From an uncultured Candidatus Saccharibacteria bacterium (GTDB lineage: Bacteria; Patescibacteriota; Saccharimonadia; Saccharimonadales; CAIOMD01), in NCBI GenBank assembly GCA_963716565.1, contig OY970318.1, forward strand, positions 320,830 to 384,829: a DNA stretch of 64,000 nt, read 5' to 3'. The translations under genes were made by a program, and so were the position numbers. The notes under the pieces are model-generated. The model did no database searches. It was given only the letters and a program-made list of their open reading frames with translations, and had not been told where the DNA came from. This document shows positions 1-9,058 of the stretch, piece after piece (the stretch's first letter is position 1; each line of letters opens with the position of its first letter).

Positions 1-1164
1 CCCACCAGAAGTAGTGAAGCTCAATGTGTAGGGACTTTCGAACAGGCTATTGTCGCTGGCAACGACCGTTCCTATACGTAAGTTATACGCCTTCTGCCTA
101 ATCAGCGGTTCGCCAAGTTCTATGGTTACAATCTTATCTTTAAAAGAGGCCTCCACGGGGAACGGCTTGGCAACATTGTCTTCTGAGTATTCCAATCCAA
201 CATCTTGCAAATCTATTAACGGCTTATTAGTTTCGAACGTAATTTGGTTAGGCGAGTCATATACGACTGTCTGATTAGCAATAGAAGAATTTACAATGGC
301 AACTGCAGAAATAGTAGCGATTCTGCTGCTCCACACGGTGTCTATTTGTTGTTTGTTAAACAACCTAAGCAGTGCTATATCGTACGTTTGTTCGTAAGAT
401 AGATTCAATGGCAAAAGACTACAGCTTAAAGCTCGGCCCTGTTTATCGCACACTGCTATATTGTCATTAGCGGCTAAGCCGTAATCAAAAACCTCATCTT
501 GTTCGGCTAGCTCAAATGTAAACAAAGTTAACGGGGCAATAGGCCGACTGGCGTCTTTGTCGTAGCTAGCCGCAATTACCGATGTAAATTCTTTGGTATT
601 GACACTAATGGATTTACTAAACAAGCTATTCTTAAAAAGTTCCAGGGTTTGCCGATTATTGTACGAACTACTGGCCGTGAACCCAGAATTAGGTTCGGCA
701 CAGAGCTTGGCAGAAAGGACTGCAATACCGCTAATAGAAAAAACAGTCGGACGCGTTATTTCGAATTCACCCGAACTGTAGTTAAAAGAGCTGGGGAACA
801 AAGCCGGGCTAAAAACACAAGATTGCCTATTAGTAACAGCAAAACTTATGGTTTGTGGTATAGCGATCACTGCAATTGCAAAAAGCAGAAAGCCCAGCAA
901 ACAGGTAATCCCAACGCCAGCTAGAATTTTTTTGTGCTTGGCCAGTTCAAACTTAACAACTCGACCTTTATACCTAAAAAACTCCAAAAAATTGTGCAGT
1001 CTTACTCCACCTAGTTCGTGCAGACGGAATTCGGCCTCGTCTTTTATTAGGGTTTTTAGCTGCTCCCCGACTATTTGAGCGTAAGCCTGATTTAACCTGT
1101 TAATATCAGCGGGGTTCGCTCTTTGGGTGTTATATTCTACATTGGTTTTGTTGTTTTGAATCAT
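1..1164 (-). CDS. hypothetical membrane-anchored protein; C-terminal part runs off the window edge
   Basis: Not in the ORF track. I checked all 388 forward triplets from 1 to 1164 in this frame and found no TTA/CTA/TCA. ATG is at 1164-1162, with an in-frame stop just upstream (1170-1168). N-terminus is MIQNNKTNVEYNTQ, with one hydrophobic helix ILAGVGITCLLGFLLFAIAVIAI. Confidence 0.6.
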   Translation of the reverse strand, partial: MIQNNKTNVEYNTQRANPADINRLNQAYAQIVGEQLKTLIKDEAEFRLHELGGVRLHNFLEFFRYKGRVVKFELAKHKKILAGVGITCLLGFLLFAIAVIAIPQTISFAVTNRQSCVFSPALFPSSFNYSSGEFEITRPTVFSISGIAVLSAKLCAEPNSGFTASSSYNNRQTLELFKNSLFSKSISVNTKEFTSVIAASYDKDASRPIAPLTLFTFELAEQDEVFDYGLAANDNIAVCDKQGRALSCSLLPLNLSYEQTYDIALLRLFNKQQIDTVWSSRIATISAVAIVNSSIANQTVVYDSPNQITFETNKPLIDLQDVGLEYSEDNVAKPFPVEASFKDKIVTIELGEPLIRQKAYNLRIGTVVASDNSLFESPYTLSFTTSGG

Positions 1165-1304
1165 CGGTTATAAAACTACATAAATTTAATCGTAGAATAG
1201 CACAAAAAACATCTTTTTTGTTTCTTCACAATCTCTATATTATCTAACATCTTAATATCCTTATGCTTGCAAGGGTGGAACAGTTTTGATTAAATGAACC
1301 GGCT

Positions 1305-1757
1305 ATGGCAGAAACTTCACCAAAGCCCTATACCGAAAGATTATCACAAGCTGATGCACGAGCAGCCGAACAGCTTGAATCTGTTAGGTCAATGGTTGAG
1401 TTTGACGGCGAAGTAACCAAGCTAGACGCAACCTATTTTACGCCCAAAGACTCACGCTATGCCGCCTTTCTTGATAACGAAAGACCCATTGTATCTGCCG
1501 CTGAGGATGCTGATGACCTGGAATCCATCAAACATTACGCCGACAATCCATTTATTTTCGACGAATTCAACATTAAGCATAAATCCCTACACCAAGCAGA
1601 ACTAGAATTGCGCGATACCAAGAGCAAGCGAGCAGCAACGCTAACGGTGGGCAAGACGGCCACAAGAGGTTGGTTCGGCACTAAAAAGGTTGAAGGCATA
1701 AATGGCCTAGTATTTCGGGCTGTTGACCCAGAAGATGCGCTGCTTAATTTTTTATGA
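1305..1757 (+). CDS. hypothetical protein
   Basis: 150-aa ORF with no recognisable motif; the overlapping ORFs look like antisense shadows. Confidence 0.5.
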   Translation: MAETSPKPYTERLSQADARAAEQLESVRSMVEFDGEVTKLDATYFTPKDSRYAAFLDNERPIVSAAEDADDLESIKHYADNPFIFDEFNIKHKSLHQAELELRDTKSKRAATLTVGKTATRGWFGTKKVEGINGLVFRAVDPEDALLNFL

Positions 1758-1806
1758 ACCTACTTAAAACACTAAATACAAAAAACGAATCTGTTACTAT
1801 ACTACG

Positions 1807-2214
1807 ATGATAAAAATGCACTCCGCTGGCGGAATTATTATTAATGAGTTCAACGAAGTAGCTATTGTATTTACCAACACTAAAAGCTGGCAGTTCCCAA
1901 AGGGCGGGATTGAACCAGGCGAAACTCACGCCGAAACCGCCATTAGAGAGATCCAAGAAGAAACCGGCCTAAAAGATTTAACACTAGTAAAAAAGCTGCC
2001 GGAATATTCTAGACTCTCGACTTTAGCAAAAGACACCCAGCTACATATATATTATTTTTTGTTCCGCATTAAAAAACAAAAACTCGTACCCAGTGCCGAA
2101 ATATCCCAATGCAAATGGGTGGCAATTGATAAAGTTAAAAACGAGCTAACATACCCCGAAGACAAAAAGTTTATAGGCGATAACCTAAGCAGCATCCTAG
2201 GCACTATTAAATAA
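1807..2214 (+). CDS. NUDIX hydrolase
   Basis: Nudix box GGIEPGETHAETAIREIQEETG. Confidence 0.8.
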   Translation: MIKMHSAGGIIINEFNEVAIVFTNTKSWQFPKGGIEPGETHAETAIREIQEETGLKDLTLVKKLPEYSRLSTLAKDTQLHIYYFLFRIKKQKLVPSAEISQCKWVAIDKVKNELTYPEDKKFIGDNLSSILGTIK

Positions 2215-2329
2215 AGCACTGGCATTTACTACTTTCGGCTTTTATGTTATTATATGCCTGATTTTCGGGAGTAATTTCGAAGGTAGCAAACCGCCGAGTA
2301 TTCGGCACAACAATGAGGAGGCTACGGCT

Positions 2330-2632
2330 ATGTGGGTAAAGTTTGTTATCTACATCTCGGTCAGCGCTGAGCGCTTCAATGTAGACGACGAGGTTCGGGA
2401 CATCGAGTCCGGAACCTGCTGGCTCAAGATGATCCCTCCCAGTTCGGGAGTCGACATCGACGACCTGAAGACCCTGCTGATAGAGAAGCTGACAAGCAGG
2501 TTCCCCGGCGCAGGCCAGTACCTGTTCGGCTTCAACATCCCAGGGCAGCGCATCGAGATCATCGTTCCTGATGTCGAAGCGGCCAGCCAGATTGTCAACG
2601 AGGCCGTTGACGAGATGCTCAAGCGCGAGTAA
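2330..2632 (+). CDS. hypothetical protein encoded in a GC-rich islet
   Basis: GAGGAGG lies 8 nt upstream of the ATG. By hand count, 79 of 100 codons end in G/C, against 26 of the first 58 codons in the adjacent NUDIX gene. I treat the 172-aa antisense ORF as a GC-rich shadow. Confidence 0.65.
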   Translation: MWVKFVIYISVSAERFNVDDEVRDIESGTCWLKMIPPSSGVDIDDLKTLLIEKLTSRFPGAGQYLFGFNIPGQRIEIIVPDVEAASQIVNEAVDEMLKRE

Positions 2633-2658
2633 GGCTCGCCGAGTAGTTGGCCGCGGTT

Positions 2659-2698
2659 GGGCGGGAGCGTGAACTGCTATGCAGCTTCGCTCCCGCCC
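2659..2698 (+). terminator. GC-rich hairpin downstream of the islet ORF (no U-tract)
   Basis: GGGCGGGAGCG (2659-2669) pairs perfectly with CGCTCCCGCCC (2688-2698) across an 18-nt loop. It is followed by ACCGGCCC, not a T-run. Confidence 0.45.
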
Positions 2699-2720
2699 AC
2701 CGGCCCAAGCCTCCTTATTC

Positions 2721-2773
2721 TTCACTAACTAAGTGCGTGCTTAGTCTGACGAGTCGAAAACGACGAAAGTGGA
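2721..2773 (+). ncRNA. candidate hammerhead self-cleaving ribozyme, type III topology
   Basis: The sequence reads UUCACU-A | ACUAAG-UGCGUG-CUUAGU - CUGACGA - GUCG-AAAA-CGAC - GAAA - GUGGAA. Stem III is 2721-2726 paired with 2768-2773 (5 Watson-Crick pairs plus 1 GU). Stem I is 2728-2733/2740-2745. Core CUGANGA is 2746-2752. Stem II is 2753-2756/2761-2764, opening with a G-C pair. Core GAAA is 2765-2768. The cleavage triplet is CUA, with predicted scission after A2727. Confidence 0.75.
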
Positions 2774-2864
2774 ACTTCTTACTATTATTTGGTAGCAAAA
2801 GGCGCCCCAAAAAAGCCACTTGGCAAATCAACTTTTGCTGGTTGTGGACTACAATAGTACTATC

Positions 2865-4034
2865 ATGGCTAAAAAGGGCAGACGTATTCTTTTAGTGGTA
2901 ATAGCTATTGTTATTAGCGCCGGCGCTTTTTGTTTTTACTGGTTTAAAATACAACCTAGAAATAATTCGGCCACTAACAATACTACGATCTTGCAGCCCC
3001 CTAAAACACCTCAGCAATGCGTTGCCGAGTTGCCGTTAGATTTTTTAACTGGCCAACTGCTAATGATTGGCGTCTATGCCAACGACATGCTCGCTCAAGC
3101 CGAAATGCTTAGCCAAAATAATATAGGCGGAGCTATTTTGATGACTGCTCCAGCCAATCCTAACGACGGCAGTATCAACCAATTTAAACTAAAAGCCGCT
3201 AGCTTAGGTGTGCCACCTTTAGTATCCACCGACGAAGAAGGTAGTTACGTACAGCGTTTTGCCGTACTTGGTATCTTGCCGGCGCCAGCCGATGTTGCTG
3301 CGTCTTCATCGACTCAAAGCGCCCGACAGCTCATAACCGAACATGGCACAAAACTAAAATCGATAGGCATAGATATGGTGCTTGGGCCATTAGCCGACGT
3401 AGCACCAGCGCAGGGCAGTAGTGTTTTAGATGCCCGCATTTTTTCTAACAACCCAGCCAAGGTGAGCAATTACGCCATGGCTTACGTGCGTGGCTGGCAA
3501 ATGGCTGGCATTCTGCCAACATTAAAACACTTCCCGGGCATGGGTTCGGCATCGTCTAATACCGACGATGCGCCAGCAGCTACTCCAGAACTAAGTTACC
3601 TAAAAGTGTACGATTTTATGCCTTATCGCTGGCTGAACCGCACCGGCACCGCAGTGATGATTGGACACCAAAATGTACCCGGCTGGTTTGATGGCCCGGC
3701 CAGTTTAAGCCCCGTTGTTAATCAATATCTGCGAAATAACCTAGGCTATAAGAATAATTTAATTGTTACCGATGCTTTAAACGCCCCAGCAATTACCAGC
3801 ACGGTTGCCGAACTCCAAGCCATAGTCGCCGCTATTGTTGCCGGGAACGATATGGCGTTATTTGTGGAACCTTCTAGCGATTCAACAATCAACGAAAGCT
3901 TTATAAACGAAGTAAAATCTGCACTGCTAACAGCAATAAATAGTGGCGCCCTGCCAAAACAGCAAGTCGAAACGTCGGTACTCAGAAAATTGTCGGCCCA
4001 ACAAATCGATGTCTGTTTGATAAAACGTGAATAA
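2865..4034 (+). CDS. glycoside hydrolase family 3 (NagZ-like beta-N-acetylhexosaminidase), membrane-anchored
   Basis: KHFPGMG motif and overall GH3 N-terminal domain pattern, with an N-terminal TM helix. I prefer the ATG at 2865 over the TTG at 2820. Confidence 0.75.
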   Translation: MAKKGRRILLVVIAIVISAGAFCFYWFKIQPRNNSATNNTTILQPPKTPQQCVAELPLDFLTGQLLMIGVYANDMLAQAEMLSQNNIGGAILMTAPANPNDGSINQFKLKAASLGVPPLVSTDEEGSYVQRFAVLGILPAPADVAASSSTQSARQLITEHGTKLKSIGIDMVLGPLADVAPAQGSSVLDARIFSNNPAKVSNYAMAYVRGWQMAGILPTLKHFPGMGSASSNTDDAPAATPELSYLKVYDFMPYRWLNRTGTAVMIGHQNVPGWFDGPASLSPVVNQYLRNNLGYKNNLIVTDALNAPAITSTVAELQAIVAAIVAGNDMALFVEPSSDSTINESFINEVKSALLTAINSGALPKQQVETSVLRKLSAQQIDVCLIKRE

Positions 4035-4081
4035 AAAATATTTAAACAGTAAAGTGACCATAATAAAGTTACAATATTAGT

Positions 4082-7000
4082 ATGACTTTTGATGAGGCTT
4101 ATAAGGCGCTGAACCCCAAGCAAAAAGAGGCGGTCGATACTATAGACGGCCCATTGATGGTAGTGGCTGGGCCAGGTACTGGCAAAACTCAGTTACTAGC
4201 CACCCGTGTAGCCAATATTTTAAAGCACGATTCCACATTGCTGCCCACCAACATTTTGTGTCTAACCTTTAGCGAGAGCGGGCAAGTAGCTATGCAGCGC
4301 CGCTTAATTGAGCTAATGGGTGAGGCCGGCGCCCACATAGCCGTGCATACATTCCACAGTTTTGGTAGCGAAATCATCAATAGCTACCCCCAATATTTTT
4401 ATCAAGGCGCCAATTTTTCACCCGCCGACGAGCTAACCACTCACGAGATTATTATTGGTATTTTAGAAGATTTATCCCATAAAAATCCGCTGGCCAATAA
4501 AGCCCAAGGTGATTTTACTTACCTACAAGCAATCAAAGGCCGCTTAGAAGACTTAAAAAAGAGCGCTTTGGAGCCTATCGAATTCAGAGCCTTATGCCAA
4601 GACGGACTAAGGTTTGTAGACTTTATAGAAAAGCCCTTGGTAGAACTTTTTGACGTAGCCAGTTTTAGCAAAAAAGATGATATCGACCGAGCTGTGAAAG
4701 TTTGTGAATTTGCCAAAACTTTCATACAAGTACCTCTTAAGATAGCCGGTTTTGTGCCACTCTGTGAAATCTTTGTGAAATCTTTTGGGCAAGCTATTGA
4801 AGCTGCTCTAACAGCTGGCAAACCCAAGCCAATAAATAACTGGAAGCCCGACTGGTTCAAAAAAGACGAACGCAAACAGGGCATATGCAAACAACGTGAA
4901 GTTTTAGAAAAATTGCTAGCTTTAAGCAACGTCTACGAACTATACCAACAGGAGCTAACAAATCGTAAACTTTATGATTTTGCCGATATGATTATGCGCG
5001 TAGTTCATGCTTTAGAAGCCCGGCCCGATTTAGCCTACGAGTTGCAAGAACAATACCAATACTTTTTAGTTGACGAGTTCCAAGATACTAACGCCGGCCA
5101 GCTACGCCTACTAACCGCTCTAGCTAGCCACCCAGTTAACGAAGGTCGCCCCAACGTAATGGTTGTTGGCGATGACGACCAGGCAATTTATGCCTTTCAG
5201 GGCGCCGAATTATCCAACATCTTAGGTTTTAAAGATGCTTACCAAAACGTTATTACTATTCCGCTAAATCAAAACTATCGCAGTTCCCAAAAAATCTTGG
5301 ATTTTTCGCGCAGCATAATAAGCCAAGGAAGCGACCGCCTAGAAAATCACATATCAGACCTGAACAAAGAACTCATAGCCAGCAATAAAACTACTGCCAC
5401 CAAACTAACCAGGCAACTATTCAATTTTCAGGCTCATGAATACGAATGGGTGGCTAACGAAATAAAAAATCTGATTGCTTCTGGACACGAACCAAAAGAA
5501 ATCGCCGTTATTTGTGCCCAGCATAAATACCTAGAAGCACTGCTGCCTTATTTAAACGATTGTAGCATTCCAGTAGCCTACGAACGCCACCAAGATGCTT
5601 TAAAACAACCCCGAATTATAGAGTTGATTAGCCTAGCCAAGTTAATAGATTATTTATCTAGACAAGCCCTCGACGCCGCCAATGGTTTATTGCCCGAAGT
5701 ACTAAGTGCCGACTATTGGCAAATACCGGCTCAAGATATTTGGCATTTGAGCTTAGCCGCCAATCAAGCTTACAAAAAAGATTACCGCGAAGTCTTTTGG
5801 CTGGAGCTGATGCTTAGTGGCAAGTACGGCCAACATCTAAAAAACATCGCTGAGTTTTTACTAGAAACTAGCAAATTTAGTAAGACTCACTCACTAGAAG
5901 AAACGCTCGACAAATTAATCGGCAATGAAGAAAGCGCGTTTATTAATGACGCCAACGAAGAAGCAGATGCCGCGGCCGTTAAACCAGCCACCAAATTTAC
6001 ATCGCCCTTTAAGGGCTACTATTTTGCCAACGAGTTATTGGCCGACCGGCCCGAAGAATTCATTGACTTGCTCAGTAGTTTAACAGCTATCCGCAACCAT
6101 TTGCGCAAGTGGCGAGCCGACACTAAATTGAACTTGAACGATTTTGTATATTTTACCGGCTTATGCAGTGATGCCAAAGTTGTCATAAGCGCCTCTGGGC
6201 TACAAGGTGCAGCCGATGAAGCTGTGCGATTATTAAGCGCCCACGGCAGCAAGGGCTTAGAATTCAAAACCGTTTTTATTTTAAGCAGTGTTTCTAAAGT
6301 TTGGGACAAAAAACCAAAGGGCAGTTCGCTACCACTACCACCAAACTTGTTTAACATCGCTCGCAAAGATAATACCGACGACCGTTTGCGTTTATTTTAT
6401 GTAGCCTTAACCCGAGCAAAATCAAACTTATACATAACTGGCTTCTTAACAGACGATAGTGGCAAAGATGTTGCTAGTTTTGGGGCATTAGAAGACGACA
6501 GTACTGCCCAAATAGTAACTAGCCCAACCAAACCTACCATCATGCCAGATACTTCCGATAGTTTATTGGGCAGAGCAGAACGCCAATGGCGCGACCGACA
6601 TTACCAAATGCCAGTTCACGATATGCGCCAGTTATTAGATGAGCGATTAAAGAACTACCAGCTAAGCGTTACTCATTTGAATAATTTTATAAATCTGGTT
6701 AACGGTGGTCCATTGAGTTTTCTGTTAGGCAATTTGTTGCAATTCCCAAGTGCCATGCAGCCCAGTTCGGCTTATGGCAGTACCATGCATTCAACGTTAG
6801 ATTATATCCATCAATCTTTTAACCAAAACTCTAAACTGCCTAGCCGCCAAGATATCTATGGCTTTTTTACAAATTCCTTAAAGCTAAGACGCCTGAACGA
6901 TAAAGACGAAAAGTTGTACCTACAAAAAGGCCAAGAAGCCCTGAAGCAATTTTTGCTACAACGTCCTAAAGACATAAATGCTAATCAGCAAACCGAATTT

Positions 7001-7459
7001 AATTTTGCGCACCAAGGCGTAATGGTGGGCCCAGCACGATTAACCGGCAAGCTAGATGTGTTAGAAATCAACAAGCGCAGCGCAAAAGTAACAGATTATA
7101 AAACCGGCAAGCATCTTACCACTTGGGACCCACGCGGTAAGGATAAATACGAACGCACTAAACAGCTTTTGTACCGTCAACAACTATTGTTTTATAAACT
7201 GTTGTTAGATAAATCCCGCAGCTGGGGTGATAAAGGCGTTAAGTTAGAATCAGCCGAATTAGTATTTGTAGAGCCCAACAAAAAAGGGGAAGTGAGTAGC
7301 CTTAGCTTAGACTTAAGCGACCAAACCGAATTGCGACGTTTAGAAAAACTAATAGTTGCCGTATGGGAAAGAATTATGAACCTAGACTTCCCAGACACCA
7401 GCCGATTTGAAGCAACCGACAAGGGAATTGTTGAGTTCGAGGATTGGCTAATTGGGTAA
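4082..7459 (+). CDS. UvrD/PcrA-family helicase fused to a C-terminal RecB-type PD-(D/E)XK nuclease (AddA-like)
   Basis: Walker A GPGTGKT; helicase motifs DEFQDTN and QNYRS. The C-terminus carries LDVLE...VTDYKTGK...QLLFYKLL. Confidence 0.85.
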   Translation: MTFDEAYKALNPKQKEAVDTIDGPLMVVAGPGTGKTQLLATRVANILKHDSTLLPTNILCLTFSESGQVAMQRRLIELMGEAGAHIAVHTFHSFGSEIINSYPQYFYQGANFSPADELTTHEIIIGILEDLSHKNPLANKAQGDFTYLQAIKGRLEDLKKSALEPIEFRALCQDGLRFVDFIEKPLVELFDVASFSKKDDIDRAVKVCEFAKTFIQVPLKIAGFVPLCEIFVKSFGQAIEAALTAGKPKPINNWKPDWFKKDERKQGICKQREVLEKLLALSNVYELYQQELTNRKLYDFADMIMRVVHALEARPDLAYELQEQYQYFLVDEFQDTNAGQLRLLTALASHPVNEGRPNVMVVGDDDQAIYAFQGAELSNILGFKDAYQNVITIPLNQNYRSSQKILDFSRSIISQGSDRLENHISDLNKELIASNKTTATKLTRQLFNFQAHEYEWVANEIKNLIASGHEPKEIAVICAQHKYLEALLPYLNDCSIPVAYERHQDALKQPRIIELISLAKLIDYLSRQALDAANGLLPEVLSADYWQIPAQDIWHLSLAANQAYKKDYREVFWLELMLSGKYGQHLKNIAEFLLETSKFSKTHSLEETLDKLIGNEESAFINDANEEADAAAVKPATKFTSPFKGYYFANELLADRPEEFIDLLSSLTAIRNHLRKWRADTKLNLNDFVYFTGLCSDAKVVISASGLQGAADEAVRLLSAHGSKGLEFKTVFILSSVSKVWDKKPKGSSLPLPPNLFNIARKDNTDDRLRLFYVALTRAKSNLYITGFLTDDSGKDVASFGALEDDSTAQIVTSPTKPTIMPDTSDSLLGRAERQWRDRHYQMPVHDMRQLLDERLKNYQLSVTHLNNFINLVNGGPLSFLLGNLLQFPSAMQPSSAYGSTMHSTLDYIHQSFNQNSKLPSRQDIYGFFTNSLKLRRLNDKDEKLYLQKGQEALKQFLLQRPKDINANQQTEFNFAHQGVMVGPARLTGKLDVLEINKRSAKVTDYKTGKHLTTWDPRGKDKYERTKQLLYRQQLLFYKLLLDKSRSWGDKGVKLESAELVFVEPNKKGEVSSLSLDLSDQTELRRLEKLIVAVWERIMNLDFPDTSRFEATDKGIVEFEDWLIG

Positions 7460-7507
7460 TAGACAATGGATGATAAGCAATAGGAAGAGGCAACACCAAC
7501 AATAAAA

Positions 7508-7535
7508 ATGAGCGCTGTTAAAGCGCTCATTTTTT
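7508..7535. terminator. bidirectional intrinsic terminator between convergent genes
   Basis: ATGAGCGCT (7508-7516), loop GTTAA, AGCGCTCAT (7522-7530). An A-run lies upstream and TTTTT downstream. Confidence 0.6.
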
Positions 7536-7561
7536 GACGTCTAGCGTCTAATGTTTAACGT

Positions 7562-8269
7562 CTATTTTTTGACTTTTTTGGTAGTTTTTTTAGCAGCCTT
7601 CTGGACTCGTTTAACGGCTTTTGACTTGGTTACGGCAACCTTGGCCACAACCACTTTTTTGCGGAATGGTTCAAGTGCATAAACATACAAACTAAAACCG
7701 ACAAGAGCACCAACTATTGGACCAACTACGTAGTTCAAGTCAAAACTGCGCACGCCCAAAGCTAGGCCTGGATTTAGCAAAGCGTTAGAAGCTAAACCGG
7801 CAACTGTCATACCTACAAAATAGGCAACACCCAATGTTGAGGCTGCTTGCCAGCCTTCAATTTTTTGGCGGACAACTGCGGCCATAGCTAAGCCCAAAAT
7901 AACCATGCCAACACCTTCGGCAATCATTACTCGCCAATCAAAGGCTGTGGTTGAATTTGTTAAGGCTCTGTCTGTTAGATATTGATAGAACTGCCAACCA
8001 GCAACCGCACCTACGGCCTGGGCAGCAATGTATCCAACTGTCCGTACAAAAGTTATCTGGCGAATACTAAATAACCCAAGCGTTAAAGATGGGTTGTAAT
8101 GCCCGCCCGAAAATTTACCCACTGCACTATAAAATGTGGCGATGGCCACACCGGCGCCGATAGCTGTGAAGAACGGCAAACCGTAACGGCTGATGTTTAG
8201 CACAACCATAACAAGTACAAAAGTACCAATGGCCTCAGCCAGCAAAGCAGCAATGTGTCGCTGTTTCAT
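7562..8269 (-). CDS. MIP/aquaporin-family channel with non-canonical NPA motifs
   Basis: Six hydrophobic segments. The half-helix motifs are HYNPSLTLG and LLNPGLALG. Lys-rich C-terminal tail. AAGGAGGG RBS upstream. Confidence 0.8.
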   Translation of the reverse strand: MKQRHIAALLAEAIGTFVLVMVVLNISRYGLPFFTAIGAGVAIATFYSAVGKFSGGHYNPSLTLGLFSIRQITFVRTVGYIAAQAVGAVAGWQFYQYLTDRALTNSTTAFDWRVMIAEGVGMVILGLAMAAVVRQKIEGWQAASTLGVAYFVGMTVAGLASNALLNPGLALGVRSFDLNYVVGPIVGALVGFSLYVYALEPFRKKVVVAKVAVTKSKAVKRVQKAAKKTTKKVKK

Positions 8270-8387
8270 TTATTTTTATACCCTCCTTAAGTTATGACAC
8301 TACAATAAAAGTTATGCCCAAATAAATCAAGTCGTATTATCTATTAGTTCTTATACAAACTTTCGTAACAGCCGTATAATTAACTTT

Positions 8388-8957
8388 ATGAATACGGGAG
8401 ACTATAAAGCCAAAGACAGTTTAGTGTTAGTTTTTACTGGCGAAGGTAAGGGCAAAACTAGCGCAGCACTAGGCTTGATGGCTAGGGCTCTGGGTGCTGG
8501 TTGGCAAGTAGCTTTTATACAATTCATTAAAAAGTGGAAGGTTAACGAACACCAATTTATAAACCAGATCCAGCCAGTTTTTAAAAAACAACTAATGTTT
8601 TATCAAGGCGGCGCCGGTTTTTATAAAGCCGCTGAATTGAGTGCCAAAGATGTTAGTGAACAAGAACACAAGTTGCAAGCTTTGAACGCTTACCAAAAAG
8701 CACTCCAAGCCGCCAGCAGTGGAAATTACCAGTTGGTAATCTGCGACGAAGTTAACAATGCTGTTCACGATGGCTTAATTACTAAAAGGCAGTTAACCGA
8801 TTTAATTAAAAAACGCTCACCCAAAACTAGCCTTTGCCTAACCGGCCGCAACTTCCCGCAAGAACTCATAAAACTGGCCGATATTGCCACAGACATGCAA
8901 AAAATCAAACACCACTACGACGATGGTTTTATGGCCAATTTTGGCATAGATTACTAA
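8388..8957 (+). CDS. cobO: cob(I)yrinic acid a,c-diamide adenosyltransferase family (CobA/CobO/BtuR)
   Basis: FTGEGKGKTSAALG P-loop and C-terminal KHHYDDGFMANFGIDY, as in BtuR. Confidence 0.75.
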   Translation: MNTGDYKAKDSLVLVFTGEGKGKTSAALGLMARALGAGWQVAFIQFIKKWKVNEHQFINQIQPVFKKQLMFYQGGAGFYKAAELSAKDVSEQEHKLQALNAYQKALQAASSGNYQLVICDEVNNAVHDGLITKRQLTDLIKKRSPKTSLCLTGRNFPQELIKLADIATDMQKIKHHYDDGFMANFGIDY

Positions 8958-9058
8958 CATCTTTGGCCCGTGCAAGTAGAAAAAACAACGATGGTTGACA
9001 TAACTAGCTCAAGCTTTATAAGCTAGGTTCTAGTAACAAAAATTCATAAAAGACCGCG

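Noticed and set aside
2207-2725. 172-aa minus-strand ORF covering the GC-rich islet
   Set aside because: It has no RBS, starts inside the next region and has an Arg/Ala/Pro-rich composition typical of antisense shadows in GC-rich DNA. The plus-strand ORF has the RBS and the strong G/C third-position bias.
2647-2895. 82-aa plus-strand ORF spanning the hairpin, the hammerhead and the GH3 start
   Set aside because: It starts inside the GC hairpin, has no RBS, gives a basic low-complexity product and overlaps better-supported features.
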